A DNA stretch of 64,000 nucleotides from the IMG/VR virus record IMGVR_UViG_3300021387_000452. One strand, written 5' to 3'. The notes under the pieces are model-generated. The model did not search any database and had not been told where the DNA came from. It worked only from the letters and a program-made list of their open reading frames with translations. Position 1 is the first letter of the stretch; every line of letters begins with the position of its first letter. This document shows, in pieces, positions 9,600 through 17,913 of the stretch. Made by a program: the position numbers and the translations under genes. The stretch is from a virus (taxonomy: Duplodnaviria > Caudoviricetes).

Positions 9600-9607
9600 G
9601 AGCAAGA

Positions 9608-9725
9608 CTCCAAAGATGAAATGTTTGGTAGAACCACTCTACCAAAAGCTACACCGTTATAAAGCTAAACTTAATTTTTCGTAAACAAAAATCACCATAA
9701 GAATTCAATATCTTACGGTGATTTC
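9608..9725 (-). promoter_or_regulatory. early cassette 6 with upstream terminator
   Basis: AAATCACC...GGTGATTTT; TTTACG-N18-TATAAC; hairpin 9624-9646. Confidence 0.8.
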
Positions 9726-9735
9726 TTACCTCTAA

Positions 9736-9852
9736 CTAAATTTCATCTACGAAGCCAGCTGAATTATTTACATATAAATCGTATTCATATATGCTGTATA
9801 ATTCATCAATTTCTTCGTCAGTCAGATCGTAAAGACTAATAAACTCTTCCAT
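9736..9852 (-). CDS. 38-aa highly acidic peptide
   Basis: MEEFISLYDLTDEEIDELYSIYEYDLYVNNSAGFVDEI; GGAG RBS; not in ORF track. Confidence 0.6.
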   Translation of the reverse strand: MEEFISLYDLTDEEIDELYSIYEYDLYVNNSAGFVDEI

Positions 9853-9854
9853 AG

Positions 9855-10208
9855 TTAGTCTCTCCGAAATGTAACTCTTGTATGATGATCACTATTATGA
9901 TCAGACTCAGAACTAGTTACCATAAAATCATAATAGTGCCTCAAGCCTGGTGTAAGAGCTCCGCCACAAGAATCATTTGCAATTCTAAAGATTTCTGAAT
10001 CAGCTAGCTTTGTCTTAAGATCCAAAAGCCTGTGGATATTCTTGATGTCATAAATTGACCCGTCAAGAATATCATTATCACCAAGATACTTGGATAAAGT
10101 ATTTAGTGACCAAATGTAGTTTGTTGCTGTAGTGTATTTCAAACCACAGCGATTCATAAGATAATTGCGGAACTTTGAACGAGCAATGCGATCATCACCT
10201 AACGACAT
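9855..10208 (-). CDS. stand-alone helical (integrase SAM-like / restriction-enzyme N-terminal-like) domain protein
   Basis: FRNYL....L...TA.NY...L, SIYDI.....L, L.HY.DF pattern. Confidence 0.45.
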   Translation of the reverse strand: MSLGDDRIARSKFRNYLMNRCGLKYTTATNYIWSLNTLSKYLGDNDILDGSIYDIKNIHRLLDLKTKLADSEIFRIANDSCGGALTPGLRHYYDFMVTSSESDHNSDHHTRVTFRRD

Positions 10209-10215
10209 ACTAAAG

Positions 10216-10298
10216 TCTCCTTATAGAGAGTGGTTTATAAGTAGTGAACAATTCCCTACTCTACTTTTCTAAGAATCTATATACCGGATTCTTAGGTT
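10216..10298 (-). promoter_or_regulatory. early cassette 7 (degenerate)
   Basis: Degenerate -35/-10; hairpin 10240-10260 GGAA-TTG-TTC; AAGGAG. Confidence 0.55.
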
Positions 10299-10326
10299 GA
10301 ACTAAACAAGAAATTCAAGTATTTAT

Positions 10327-10347
10327 GATGGGCTTTTATAGCCCATC
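10327..10347. terminator. stem-loop
   Basis: GATGGGCT/AGCCCATC after 10360 gene. Confidence 0.5.
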
Positions 10348-10359
10348 TATAATGAGGTA

Positions 10360-10725
10360 TTATCTCCAAATGTAAATACCGTTCTGCTTGGAGATAGCAC
10401 CAGTACGTATCTTCGTATTCATGATCTGCCAGGTGTATTTTGGTATTCTACGCTGAACCTCTGCAACCTGTTCGTCTGTAAGCTCTTTCCCATCGTTCTT
10501 ATCTTTTGCAATCTGCGTAAGAACTTTTGCATCAGACTTATTGAACCCCATCCTATTCTTATAGATCGTTCTATTGATAGCAACTTCGTTTTCGATCTGG
10601 TTGCTAAATACGACCATAAGACCATCAATAGCGTTATTGGCTGTAAGCTCGATCCCAGCTTTAATGTTATGAGCAAGATCGGTTTTGTTGCGAAGGGTAA
10701 CGTTGGTATTGATTGTAGTTGTCAT
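10360..10725 (-). CDS. early hypothetical protein (GFNKxD...L...Q...KY..Q family)
   Basis: Start moved to MTTTIN after AGGAG. Confidence 0.7.
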   Translation of the reverse strand: MTTTINTNVTLRNKTDLAHNIKAGIELTANNAIDGLMVVFSNQIENEVAINRTIYKNRMGFNKSDAKVLTQIAKDKNDGKELTDEQVAEVQRRIPKYTWQIMNTKIRTGAISKQNGIYIWR

Positions 10726-10733
10726 ATCTAAGT

Positions 10734-10858
10734 CTCCTATGGTAGAACCTCTACTGTTCTTGGTCTTAGCTAAGGAACCATTCCTTAGCTTTATGAGGAT
10801 CTTATAAACCAATCTAAGATCTGTGTAAAATAAAATCACCGTCTATTATGGTGATTTT
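10734..10858 (-). promoter_or_regulatory. early cassette 8 with upstream terminator
   Basis: AAAATCACC..GGTGATTTT; TTTACA-N17-TATAAG; perfect hairpin AGCTAAGGAA-TGG-TTCCTTAGCT (10768-10790). Confidence 0.85.
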
Positions 10859-11074
10859 CTAAAGCTTAGAAATCAGCATGTCATCTGCAATTTCATTGCA
10901 TTTGTCTATCATCTCTACACTTACACAGAGAAGATGATCATAGTTGCTAGACGTAGCATCTTTATAGTAAGCATCTCTATCAGCCTTAGAGAATTTGCAT
11001 TCTTTCATAGCCTTCATAACATAACCCATAACACAGAAAGCATTTCCATCTATACCAACGAGATCGTATTTCAT
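10859..11074 (-). CDS. small phage protein (LVGxDGNAF family)
   Basis: MKYDLVGIDGNAFCVMGYV; AAGGAG RBS. Confidence 0.75.
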   Translation of the reverse strand: MKYDLVGIDGNAFCVMGYVMKAMKECKFSKADRDAYYKDATSSNYDHLLCVSVEMIDKCNEIADDMLISKL

Positions 11075-11080
11075 GATGTT

Positions 11081-11166
11081 CTCCTTTAATAAGCTAGGGA
11101 CCCATTCCCTAGCTTTGTTGAGTTGATTATAAACTCTGTTTAATTTGTCGTAAACAGAAATCACCG
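11081..11166 (-). promoter_or_regulatory. early cassette 9
   Basis: CGGTGATTTCTG-TTTACG-N17-TATAAT; hairpin 11091-11115. Confidence 0.85.
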
Positions 11167-11167
11167 A

Positions 11168-11371
11168 TTATTGACGTTTACCGTCATTGTAGCGAGCAAC
11201 CAGTGTAGACTCTGATTCCCAGAACTGACCCATGAAATCATAGCGGCCGTTCTGTTTGTAGACTGACGAATAGCTACCTTTGGAAATCTTACGAGCGAAA
11301 TTCGTAGCATCGCGTTTGCTATCAAAGCTCTGTTTTGTTCCGTTTGAGAATACTGAAAAGATCGTTGTCAT
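11168..11371 (-). CDS. early hypothetical protein
   Basis: Sole gene of cassette 10. Confidence 0.7.
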   Translation of the reverse strand: MTTIFSVFSNGTKQSFDSKRDATNFARKISKGSYSSVYKQNGRYDFMGQFWESESTLVARYNDGKRQ

Positions 11372-11379
11372 GATGTCGT

Positions 11380-11490
11380 CTCCTATGAGTCTTATCTAAG
11401 GAAGTCCATCTTCCTTAGCTTTGTTGAGTATCTTATAAGCTAAGATTCTCTTTGCGTAAAATAAAATCACCGTAATAGTCGGTGATTTTT
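11380..11490 (-). promoter_or_regulatory. early cassette 10 with upstream terminator
   Basis: AAAATCACCG..CGGTGATTTT; TTTACG-N17-TATAAG; hairpin 11396-11418. Confidence 0.85.
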
Positions 11491-11514
11491 AAGTATCTCT
11501 ATGAGATCTAATTT

Positions 11515-11622
11515 TAATCATATCACAAGCACACTCTTTTCGTAAACAAATTTCACCATAAATTTTATGCATATTGTGCGGTGATTTTTATTTACATCAA
11601 GTTCAAACTATGATATTATAAT
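11515..11622. promoter_or_regulatory. divergent early promoter pair
   Basis: Minus: GGTGAAATTTG-TTTACG (11541-46)...TATGAT; plus: CGGTGATTTTTA-TTTACA (11591-96)-N17-TATTAT. Confidence 0.7.
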
Positions 11623-11652
11623 GGTAGCGCTCAGCCGCCACGGGTCGACACA

Positions 11653-12015
11653 GTGACGTATACGTCTATGGAGAATGTTATGCATTTAAAGAGTATTGTG
11701 TTTGATTGTCCTATAATATATAGAGGTACAGTTCAACCAATTAAGAATGAGATCCATGCTATTGAGCTTAATGAATACATTAAACGATATTTACATGAAT
11801 CTTGTAAGTCGTATGTTATAGTTGTTTCATATAATGAAGTGCAATACGTAATTAGTGCTATTGTTCACATGACTAATAAGACTAAAATGGCAGCTATTGT
11901 GAACAACCTATCAGAAGCGCTTAATGCAAGTGTAAGTATTTTGAGGGTGACTCATGATAGCGGTGAGTTTAATATAGAATGCATATCTTCCTCAAATAGT
12001 ATGGCAGTCATGTAA
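11653..12015 (+). CDS. hypothetical protein (likely start MHLKS after GGAG)
   Basis: Plus-strand ORF downstream of early-type promoter. Confidence 0.65.
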   Translation: MTYTSMENVMHLKSIVFDCPIIYRGTVQPIKNEIHAIELNEYIKRYLHESCKSYVIVVSYNEVQYVISAIVHMTNKTKMAAIVNNLSEALNASVSILRVTHDSGEFNIECISSSNSMAVM

Positions 12016-12044
12016 AAATATTTCCCAATATCTATATTATTAGT

Positions 12045-12385
12045 AATGTGTAGCAGCTTATGCTGTGTTGTTTAGCAGTCTTTGAAATAGAGTCAATTTT
12101 CTTAAGTCATTTATAGGTGAACCGCGTGCGGGATGGACATCCTATACAATACATAAGCCTAATGAACCTTACACGAGACATACGGGATGATTTTAGAATT
12201 ATAGACTTTATGACAATGAGTGATTAACAACTTAGTTGAGTAGCTATGATTTAACTAGTAATTTATGAGCTGAAGTGGCATTGATCACTATAGTAATACT
12301 TTGTGAATCAGTGCTTTCGACGGCAGATTTTGTTGTACATATTTTCTGTCAAAATTAAGATGCTCACTTTGATCTGAGTAAAGAA
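12045..12385 (+). ncRNA. candidate structured non-coding RNA (~340 nt)
   Basis: No ORF >=60 aa; at least 6 stems with many G-U pairs on the plus strand; ATATCTATA motif at 12028; terminator at 12389. Confidence 0.55.
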
Positions 12386-12388
12386 GTA

Positions 12389-12417
12389 CCCTCTATAGAA
12401 ATAGACTCTATAGAGGG
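12389..12417. terminator. terminator between convergent units
   Basis: CCCTCTATAG/CTATAGAGGG. Confidence 0.7.
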
Positions 12418-12426
12418 CTTGCAGTA

Positions 12427-14916
12427 TTAGATCTTCGTTAGTAGAATCTCTTGATCGATAGCGCTTATTCCATCTATTGTAATAGCAATATTTTTATTCT
12501 TAGCCCACCCTGTAGTAATGATTGAATCATCATCTGCATTGAACATGTCCATGTATAATACTCCGAGCAAAGTGTTCTTTGTTTGATCTGATGAGTTAAT
12601 TTCTACTATAGGTCTAAGAGATGTGCTACATATTAAATGATTACGATCAGTTATTATTGAAGCCTTATCTAGAAGCTGAAGCTTTTCAGATACGCTGTAG
12701 AATAAATCATCTCCTGCATATTCTGTCTTAGGCTTGATTGCGAATGTGTAGTACATATAAGCTTGGTTTACTGCATAATCTATCTGATGTACTGTTAAAC
12801 ATGATTTTTTAATGAATGAATTTAATAGATTTTCTGATGACTCGTTTGATCCATCTAGTGCGCATATCCCTAGTTTGTAGTAAGCATTAGTTATTTCATA
12901 TCCACCAGAGCCATCTGGCTTGCTTATTGTAAACACTGGCGTTCTAAGACTGTATTCAACTTTGTCTTTTGGTTTTGACATTTTAAGACTTACTAATGGT
13001 GATAGCTTGTCGTACTCATCTATGAATTTATTGTATGGGAATGTATCTTTATCAAGAGGTACGCCTGATGTTGATACTACTTTGAGTGATACTGGAATAT
13101 TGAAATTAGATCCTACAGTATTCACGTATCTATTATCTCTGTCATATTCGTACATAGTCTTGAAAGCGAGTAGTTTAGAGTCTATCTTTTTGTTAGATAG
13201 CTGAGCTACTAAAGCGCTTTCTACGTTATGTGCTAGCAAGTAGTCAGTAGCTGGCCTCATTGTGATTTCTGTACTCTCGACATCATTAAGGTTTAACCAT
13301 AAATAGCCGATCTCTCCATCGTAGTTATACAGTCTTATGTATTTACTTAGATCTACATTACTGTCAACAATGTCTCCATTCTCATTAAACTGAACCATTC
13401 TAATGCCTCTATTGCTTCCATTAAACACTGGCATAAGAAGAGTTGCTGGCCAATAACTGTCTTCGCTTAATCTGTCGACCTGTTTAGGAAATGATCTAGC
13501 GTATAGTCTGTTGTTCAAGTAAAGCTCAATAATAATCTTAGTAGTATTACCGCCAGAAAGCTGTAGCACCATTGGCGTATTAGGTACTAGTACTTTGTTA
13601 CCAGCTGGAGTTAGATAATCTGTGAAGTGTTTGCTTGAATCTTCTTCATCTACTAAAGATGTAAAATCTGATATTGATATAACTACATTATCTTCATACG
13701 GGCTCTTGTATATATTATTAGCAAATACACGATTATTATTTTCAAATATCTCTACTCTAACGCCAGTAATAACGTCTACGTTTAATATCTGACTCAATGA
13801 TAGCTTATATTTATTACCGTCTGCGCCATCAGCTACAGCATAAAATGTAAAATATCCCTGCTCATTTGAAGCAATAGAATATGAAGCTCTTGGGTCGCCT
13901 TTTATTAGTTTTAACCTAACTTCATCATCTTTTCTGTTCCCTATAAGTACTTGACAAAAGTTCATGCCAATAGCAACATCTCTATCTACAGAAGCATGCC
14001 ATAATTTATTTGAGCCTCTCTTATAGTTATTAGCTACTTGAATAGGGATCTGGAAATTATAACCAGCAGTATGAGAGTAGTCATCTTGGACGATAGCAGC
14101 GTATGTCTCATCATATTTCGGAACTACTTTTACAGTAAGATTGAATGTATCAAACTCTTTTTTAGAGCTCATGTTTAGCTCATAGCTATTATCTACTTTG
14201 TCTAGCTTAAATATATCTTCATTAAACTCAATCGATTCTTCAGTTGAACTATTACTCATAGTACCAGAGACTGTACAGACATCACTGCCAGCTGGTAATA
14301 TCATAGGCCCAGCTAATGCTATCGTTATCTCATCTTCTGTAGTAGTGATACTTTCTTTGTTAAAGCTATCTCCAAAGAAATTAAGAAAGCTTTTAATCTT
14401 CGTGTTAGTACCGTCAAAATAATCTTCGTTTATAATTCGTGTATCGAAATCGTATATGCTATCAATAGTAATGCCGTCTGGTAATCCATTTGGAAATACT
14501 TTTTTGATCTTGTCTTCAGTCCATGTTGTCTTATCTGCTGTGTAAGACATGTACAATGTATTATTATAATATAAGTTCATTATAACATTGCCAGTAGAAG
14601 AATCTTTCTTAATTCCAATAGAAAATCCTTCATAGTACTCGCTAAATGATTCTACTCTAATATTAAAATTGAACTCTTCAGAAGCTTGATGCTCTCCACT
14701 AGCAGCACGTCCATCAATGTTATTAATTACAAACTTGTAATTATTGCCTTCATGATTATTACATTCTGTAAATACTTCTTCTCTAACTATTCCATTTGTA
14801 TCAACTCCAATACTGAACTTAGCATGATTCATGAAATAATTAATGAAGTTCTTTGTCGCCTTTGATGATATACTATATCTATTAAATAGAACTCTGAGTT
14901 TTGCTTGATTATTCAT
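12427..14916 (-). CDS. large putative virion structural protein (paralog of 22331..24364)
   Basis: Shared GxxGNxYK..., QLSGG and LRTxxFxI...YKxGxCxLDG blocks; GGAGG before MNNQAK. Confidence 0.6.
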   Translation of the reverse strand: MNNQAKLRVLFNRYSISSKATKNFINYFMNHAKFSIGVDTNGIVREEVFTECNNHEGNNYKFVINNIDGRAASGEHQASEEFNFNIRVESFSEYYEGFSIGIKKDSSTGNVIMNLYYNNTLYMSYTADKTTWTEDKIKKVFPNGLPDGITIDSIYDFDTRIINEDYFDGTNTKIKSFLNFFGDSFNKESITTTEDEITIALAGPMILPAGSDVCTVSGTMSNSSTEESIEFNEDIFKLDKVDNSYELNMSSKKEFDTFNLTVKVVPKYDETYAAIVQDDYSHTAGYNFQIPIQVANNYKRGSNKLWHASVDRDVAIGMNFCQVLIGNRKDDEVRLKLIKGDPRASYSIASNEQGYFTFYAVADGADGNKYKLSLSQILNVDVITGVRVEIFENNNRVFANNIYKSPYEDNVVISISDFTSLVDEEDSSKHFTDYLTPAGNKVLVPNTPMVLQLSGGNTTKIIIELYLNNRLYARSFPKQVDRLSEDSYWPATLLMPVFNGSNRGIRMVQFNENGDIVDSNVDLSKYIRLYNYDGEIGYLWLNLNDVESTEITMRPATDYLLAHNVESALVAQLSNKKIDSKLLAFKTMYEYDRDNRYVNTVGSNFNIPVSLKVVSTSGVPLDKDTFPYNKFIDEYDKLSPLVSLKMSKPKDKVEYSLRTPVFTISKPDGSGGYEITNAYYKLGICALDGSNESSENLLNSFIKKSCLTVHQIDYAVNQAYMYYTFAIKPKTEYAGDDLFYSVSEKLQLLDKASIITDRNHLICSTSLRPIVEINSSDQTKNTLLGVLYMDMFNADDDSIITTGWAKNKNIAITIDGISAIDQEILLTKI

Positions 14917-15031
14917 TTTGTATCTCAGCCTCCAGATTGTATAATTACTGTATCTCTTGTAGAGAAAGTTCTGATATCTAATCTTTTGATATTCGCTACA
15001 GAGTCTACAGAGCATATATAATGAGTAACAC

Positions 15032-15090
15032 TCAGCTTCTCTGTTGAACTTGTTCAGCTTCTTTGTCGAATTTATTCGACTTCTCAGAAA
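15032..15090. repeat. degenerate ~22-bp tandem repeat
   Basis: TCAGCTTCTCTGTTGAACTTGT / TCAGCTTCTTTGTCGAATTTAT / TCGACTTCTC. Confidence 0.55.
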
Positions 15091-15157
15091 ATCTTATAAT
15101 ATATGGTCGAAGTCATACTTTCGAACCTTTCCAGAATCCATTGCAGTATATGGCTCT

Positions 15158-15232
15158 CGCAAGTTTACTTGCTGGTGATAACGCAAGTTTACTTGCTGGT
15201 GATAACACAAGTTTACTTGCTGGTGATAACGC
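15158..15232. repeat. 3 x 24-bp tandem repeat with internal palindrome
   Basis: CGCAAGTTTACTTGCTGGTGATAA x3 (one mismatch); GCAAGT-TT-ACTTGC inverted repeat. Confidence 0.95.
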
Positions 15233-15298
15233 GACTTAGGTCGCTGGCTTTCGTGTAAGTCTGTAAAATAATTATAGCAATGAAATAGATACAAATAA

Positions 15299-15329
15299 AC
15301 CCTCTATTATGATGCTGATAATAGAGGGT
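15299..15329 (-). terminator. intrinsic terminator
   Basis: ACCCTCTATTAT/ATAATAGAGGGT + T-rich tail. Confidence 0.7.
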
Positions 15330-15346
15330 GTTGTTGCATTTATAGA

Positions 15347-15778
15347 CTAGTATCGTTTAGCGTAAAGATGTACGTGTACGAAATCTTCGCCTTCTGCTTC
15401 GCCTTCTGGATAAGACACACTTAATTTATGTATAATGAGATTATTAGCACTACAGCCTTCTTTACCTATACCAATAAAACATGAGAGTTCTACAAATTTA
15501 GGCGTTACTGTTTTATATGAGAACTTTTTGTCAGTAAATCTGTAATGTTCATCTAGCTGTCTTTGCGCACCGCTCTCAATAGTTGGGCTAGCTGCGTCAT
15601 ATAAGCTCTCAATTATTGAATCAAGATTGTCGTAGTTTTCTCTGTATAGTCTGAAATAGAGATCTACTTCGTCCTTATGCTCAATAATATCATCGATTGG
15701 CGTACTGAAATGAATCATCAGTTTGTATGGGTCTTCAAATTTACGCACCAATAAATAATCTTCTCTAAAACTGTCCAT
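15347..15778 (-). CDS. hypothetical protein
   Basis: AGGAG RBS, 143 aa. Confidence 0.7.
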   Translation of the reverse strand: MDSFREDYLLVRKFEDPYKLMIHFSTPIDDIIEHKDEVDLYFRLYRENYDNLDSIIESLYDAASPTIESGAQRQLDEHYRFTDKKFSYKTVTPKFVELSCFIGIGKEGCSANNLIIHKLSVSYPEGEAEGEDFVHVHLYAKRY

Positions 15779-15808
15779 ACTTTTTTGTCTCCTTTGTTTG
15801 CTTGTTGG

Positions 15809-16369
15809 TTAAAATATCCATGTATCAATTTCAAAACGAAGTCTTTCTAATGAAACTGGAGTGTAGTGGATTCTCTCAACTGAAACACATTTTGAAGTCG
15901 AAGTGTCTTCAAACCTTGGATCATTATGAACATGTCCGTATAGATTAAAGTATGGAGTAGTGCTAGATAGAAGTAGTGGTTCGTGTGACAGGATAAAGAA
16001 GTCGTCATAAATGATTGGGTATGGAGATACAAATTCAAAACCCATTTCAGCGTATTGTTTGTCTGATCTTACATCGTGATTGCCTTTAATAAGATGTTTA
16101 TGGCCTTTTAATTGAGATAGTATTTTTGTGCATTCGTTTGTTTCATTCACAAATCGAGATGTATTCTTTTCATTCCATTCTCTTGGGTTATAGAAAAAGA
16201 AAAAGTCTCCAAGTATGAAGATAATATCTTCATCTTTTACTACAGAGTTCCAGTTTTCGATTAGCTTGTTTGTCTGATCTTCTGAAGAGATGAATGGTCT
16301 GTTGCAGTACTTAATTATATTAGTGTGATTAAAGTGTGTATCTGCTATAAAGAACGTCGTAGCTGTCAT
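15809..16369 (-). CDS. calcineurin-like metallophosphoesterase
   Basis: ADTHF, LGD, GNHD, LSHEP, GHVH. Confidence 0.92.
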   Translation of the reverse strand: MTATTFFIADTHFNHTNIIKYCNRPFISSEDQTNKLIENWNSVVKDEDIIFILGDFFFFYNPREWNEKNTSRFVNETNECTKILSQLKGHKHLIKGNHDVRSDKQYAEMGFEFVSPYPIIYDDFFILSHEPLLLSSTTPYFNLYGHVHNDPRFEDTSTSKCVSVERIHYTPVSLERLRFEIDTWIF

Positions 16370-17115
16370 AATAGAATATCACCTTCGTATTGTCTTGTAA
16401 TAACGTTTGCAGAGGACAGCAGTTTACGAGATGCGATGTATGGTGGATCATCGTGATGCTTGTCTGATAAATATATGATCTCTGAGATTCCCTTCTGAAT
16501 TAGAAGTTTTGCGCATTCGTTGCATGGAAATAGAGTACAGTACATTTTTGAGTTTGCGAGATCAAACACCGTAGTATTTAATAACGCATTCGCTTCAGCA
16601 TGTACTACGTATGGATATTTTGAATTTATCCATTCTCCATCTCTGCTGTCTGGAAAGTCGTCTATATTGGATCCTTTTATAAATCCGTTATATCCACAGC
16701 CAATAATTCGATTATGAGAATCTACAAGACATGCTCCCACTTTTGTATTCTTGTCTTTACTGCGAAAGGATGTCAGCGCGGCAATGTTCATGAAGTATTC
16801 ATCCCATGAAAGACGGCAATAATCTCTATCTTTTACGAGCTCTTCTACAGTAGGGCATTCACATTTCATAACCATCGAAGACAAGCTATTTAGAGTATCT
16901 GTGTTAGGTTGTATCTCTGTAGAAGAGTTAGATTTCTCTGAATCAATTGCATTTTTGAAATTGTTACTGATGACATTCCCAAGCCCGTCTGTTTCATAGT
17001 GGCAGTCCGGATTGCTGCTAAAGTTCGGCGTGTATGAACATTCACACTTTGATTTTGACTCTATCTCACTTAGTGTATATCCTCCCCAAGAAGGCATATC
17101 ATTTCGTTCTCCCAT
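16366..17115 (-). CDS. dCMP deaminase with N-terminal extension
   Basis: SWDEYFM, RSKD...VGAC, GYNG, HAEANA, PCNEC. Confidence 0.93.
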   Translation of the reverse strand: MGERNDMPSWGGYTLSEIESKSKCECSYTPNFSSNPDCHYETDGLGNVISNNFKNAIDSEKSNSSTEIQPNTDTLNSLSSMVMKCECPTVEELVKDRDYCRLSWDEYFMNIAALTSFRSKDKNTKVGACLVDSHNRIIGCGYNGFIKGSNIDDFPDSRDGEWINSKYPYVVHAEANALLNTTVFDLANSKMYCTLFPCNECAKLLIQKGISEIIYLSDKHHDDPPYIASRKLLSSANVITRQYEGDILL

Positions 17116-17140
17116 TTTATTACTCCATTATCTTATACGC

Positions 17141-17407
17141 TTATTGTTGCAGGAAGTTAAATTTTTCGTTTGAGATATCTTGAATATGATCTATGCAGAG
17201 ATCTAAAAAGTGCCTCGACGAATCATCGTAATTTTCGATATAGCTAATAAGCTTTGACCTGAAAAGCATCTGAAACTCACGTACGTGATTCGGAACTTCT
17301 CTATTGGAATAACTATACGACAGAGTCTTTCCATCTACTAGAGTGAACAGAGACAATACAGACTCACCAAAAGAAATACTATTCATATTACTTACATCCA
17401 TATACAA
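17141..17407 (-). CDS. hypothetical protein
   Basis: ORF. Confidence 0.55.
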   Translation of the reverse strand: MYMDVSNMNSISFGESVLSLFTLVDGKTLSYSYSNREVPNHVREFQMLFRSKLISYIENYDDSSRHFLDLCIDHIQDISNEKFNFLQQ

Positions 17408-17411
17408 GAAA

Positions 17412-17440
17412 ACTCCCTAGATGAATATACATCAGGGAGT
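17412..17440 (-). terminator. terminator hairpin with TGTATA in its interior
   Basis: ACTCCCT/AGGGAGT + TTTT. Confidence 0.6.
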
Positions 17441-17464
17441 GTCTTCAACTTAATCAAAACTAAT

Positions 17465-17866
17465 TTACACTAAATAATCTTTATCGAATTTCTTAGCAGC
17501 CTTCAATATATCATTAAGGTTTTTCTTTGCAGATTTAAGATCTTCTGTCTTCCTATCAATTGCAGAAATCATTTCAGTTATTAAATCTGCTCCAGAGTTA
17601 TAACCATTTCTTTCTAGTGCGCTATACACTCTGTCAGCCTCTTTTTGATCGATGTTACGCACTTCATTAGCTAGCATAATATCGACTAATCGTGATAAAG
17701 TATTTACAGCAGTAGCCCATCTGAAATTTCCGCTATCAAACTGGTTTGATTTATTCATATCACCAAGTTTTTCGAGTATGTCATCGCTTACTGCTTCTGA
17801 TAATGATTCATTCATAATGAGACTTTCTAGCTTTGCAATACGACGTTCTAAACTTTCATTTGTCAT
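17465..17866 (-). CDS. LExRIxxLE-tag protein (putative internal virion protein)
   Basis: MTNESLERRIAKLESLIMNES; ATATCTAA motif upstream at 17914-17921. Confidence 0.65.
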   Translation of the reverse strand: MTNESLERRIAKLESLIMNESLSEAVSDDILEKLGDMNKSNQFDSGNFRWATAVNTLSRLVDIMLANEVRNIDQKEADRVYSALERNGYNSGADLITEMISAIDRKTEDLKSAKKNLNDILKAAKKFDKDYLV

Positions 17867-17913
17867 AATCTATATTTACTCCATAAATGCTGTAGTTGAT
17901 TCACAACTAATAA

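Noticed and set aside
3195-11490. Integron attC or CRISPR-like array
   Set aside because: There are no GTTRRRY cores, integrase or cas genes. The repeats are explained as promoter-hairpin-RBS units.
12119-12150. Group II intron domain V or tRNA/tmRNA
   Set aside because: GAACCGCGTGCGG has no pairing partner forming a domain V hairpin; no cloverleaf or tmRNA termini are seen.
15158-15232. CRISPR mini-array
   Set aside because: The repeats are contiguous with no unique spacers, and no cas genes are present.
15094-15294. 66-aa ORF with YHQQVNLR repeats
   Set aside because: It is most likely a by-product of the 24-bp DNA repeat; it has a non-ATG start and no RBS.
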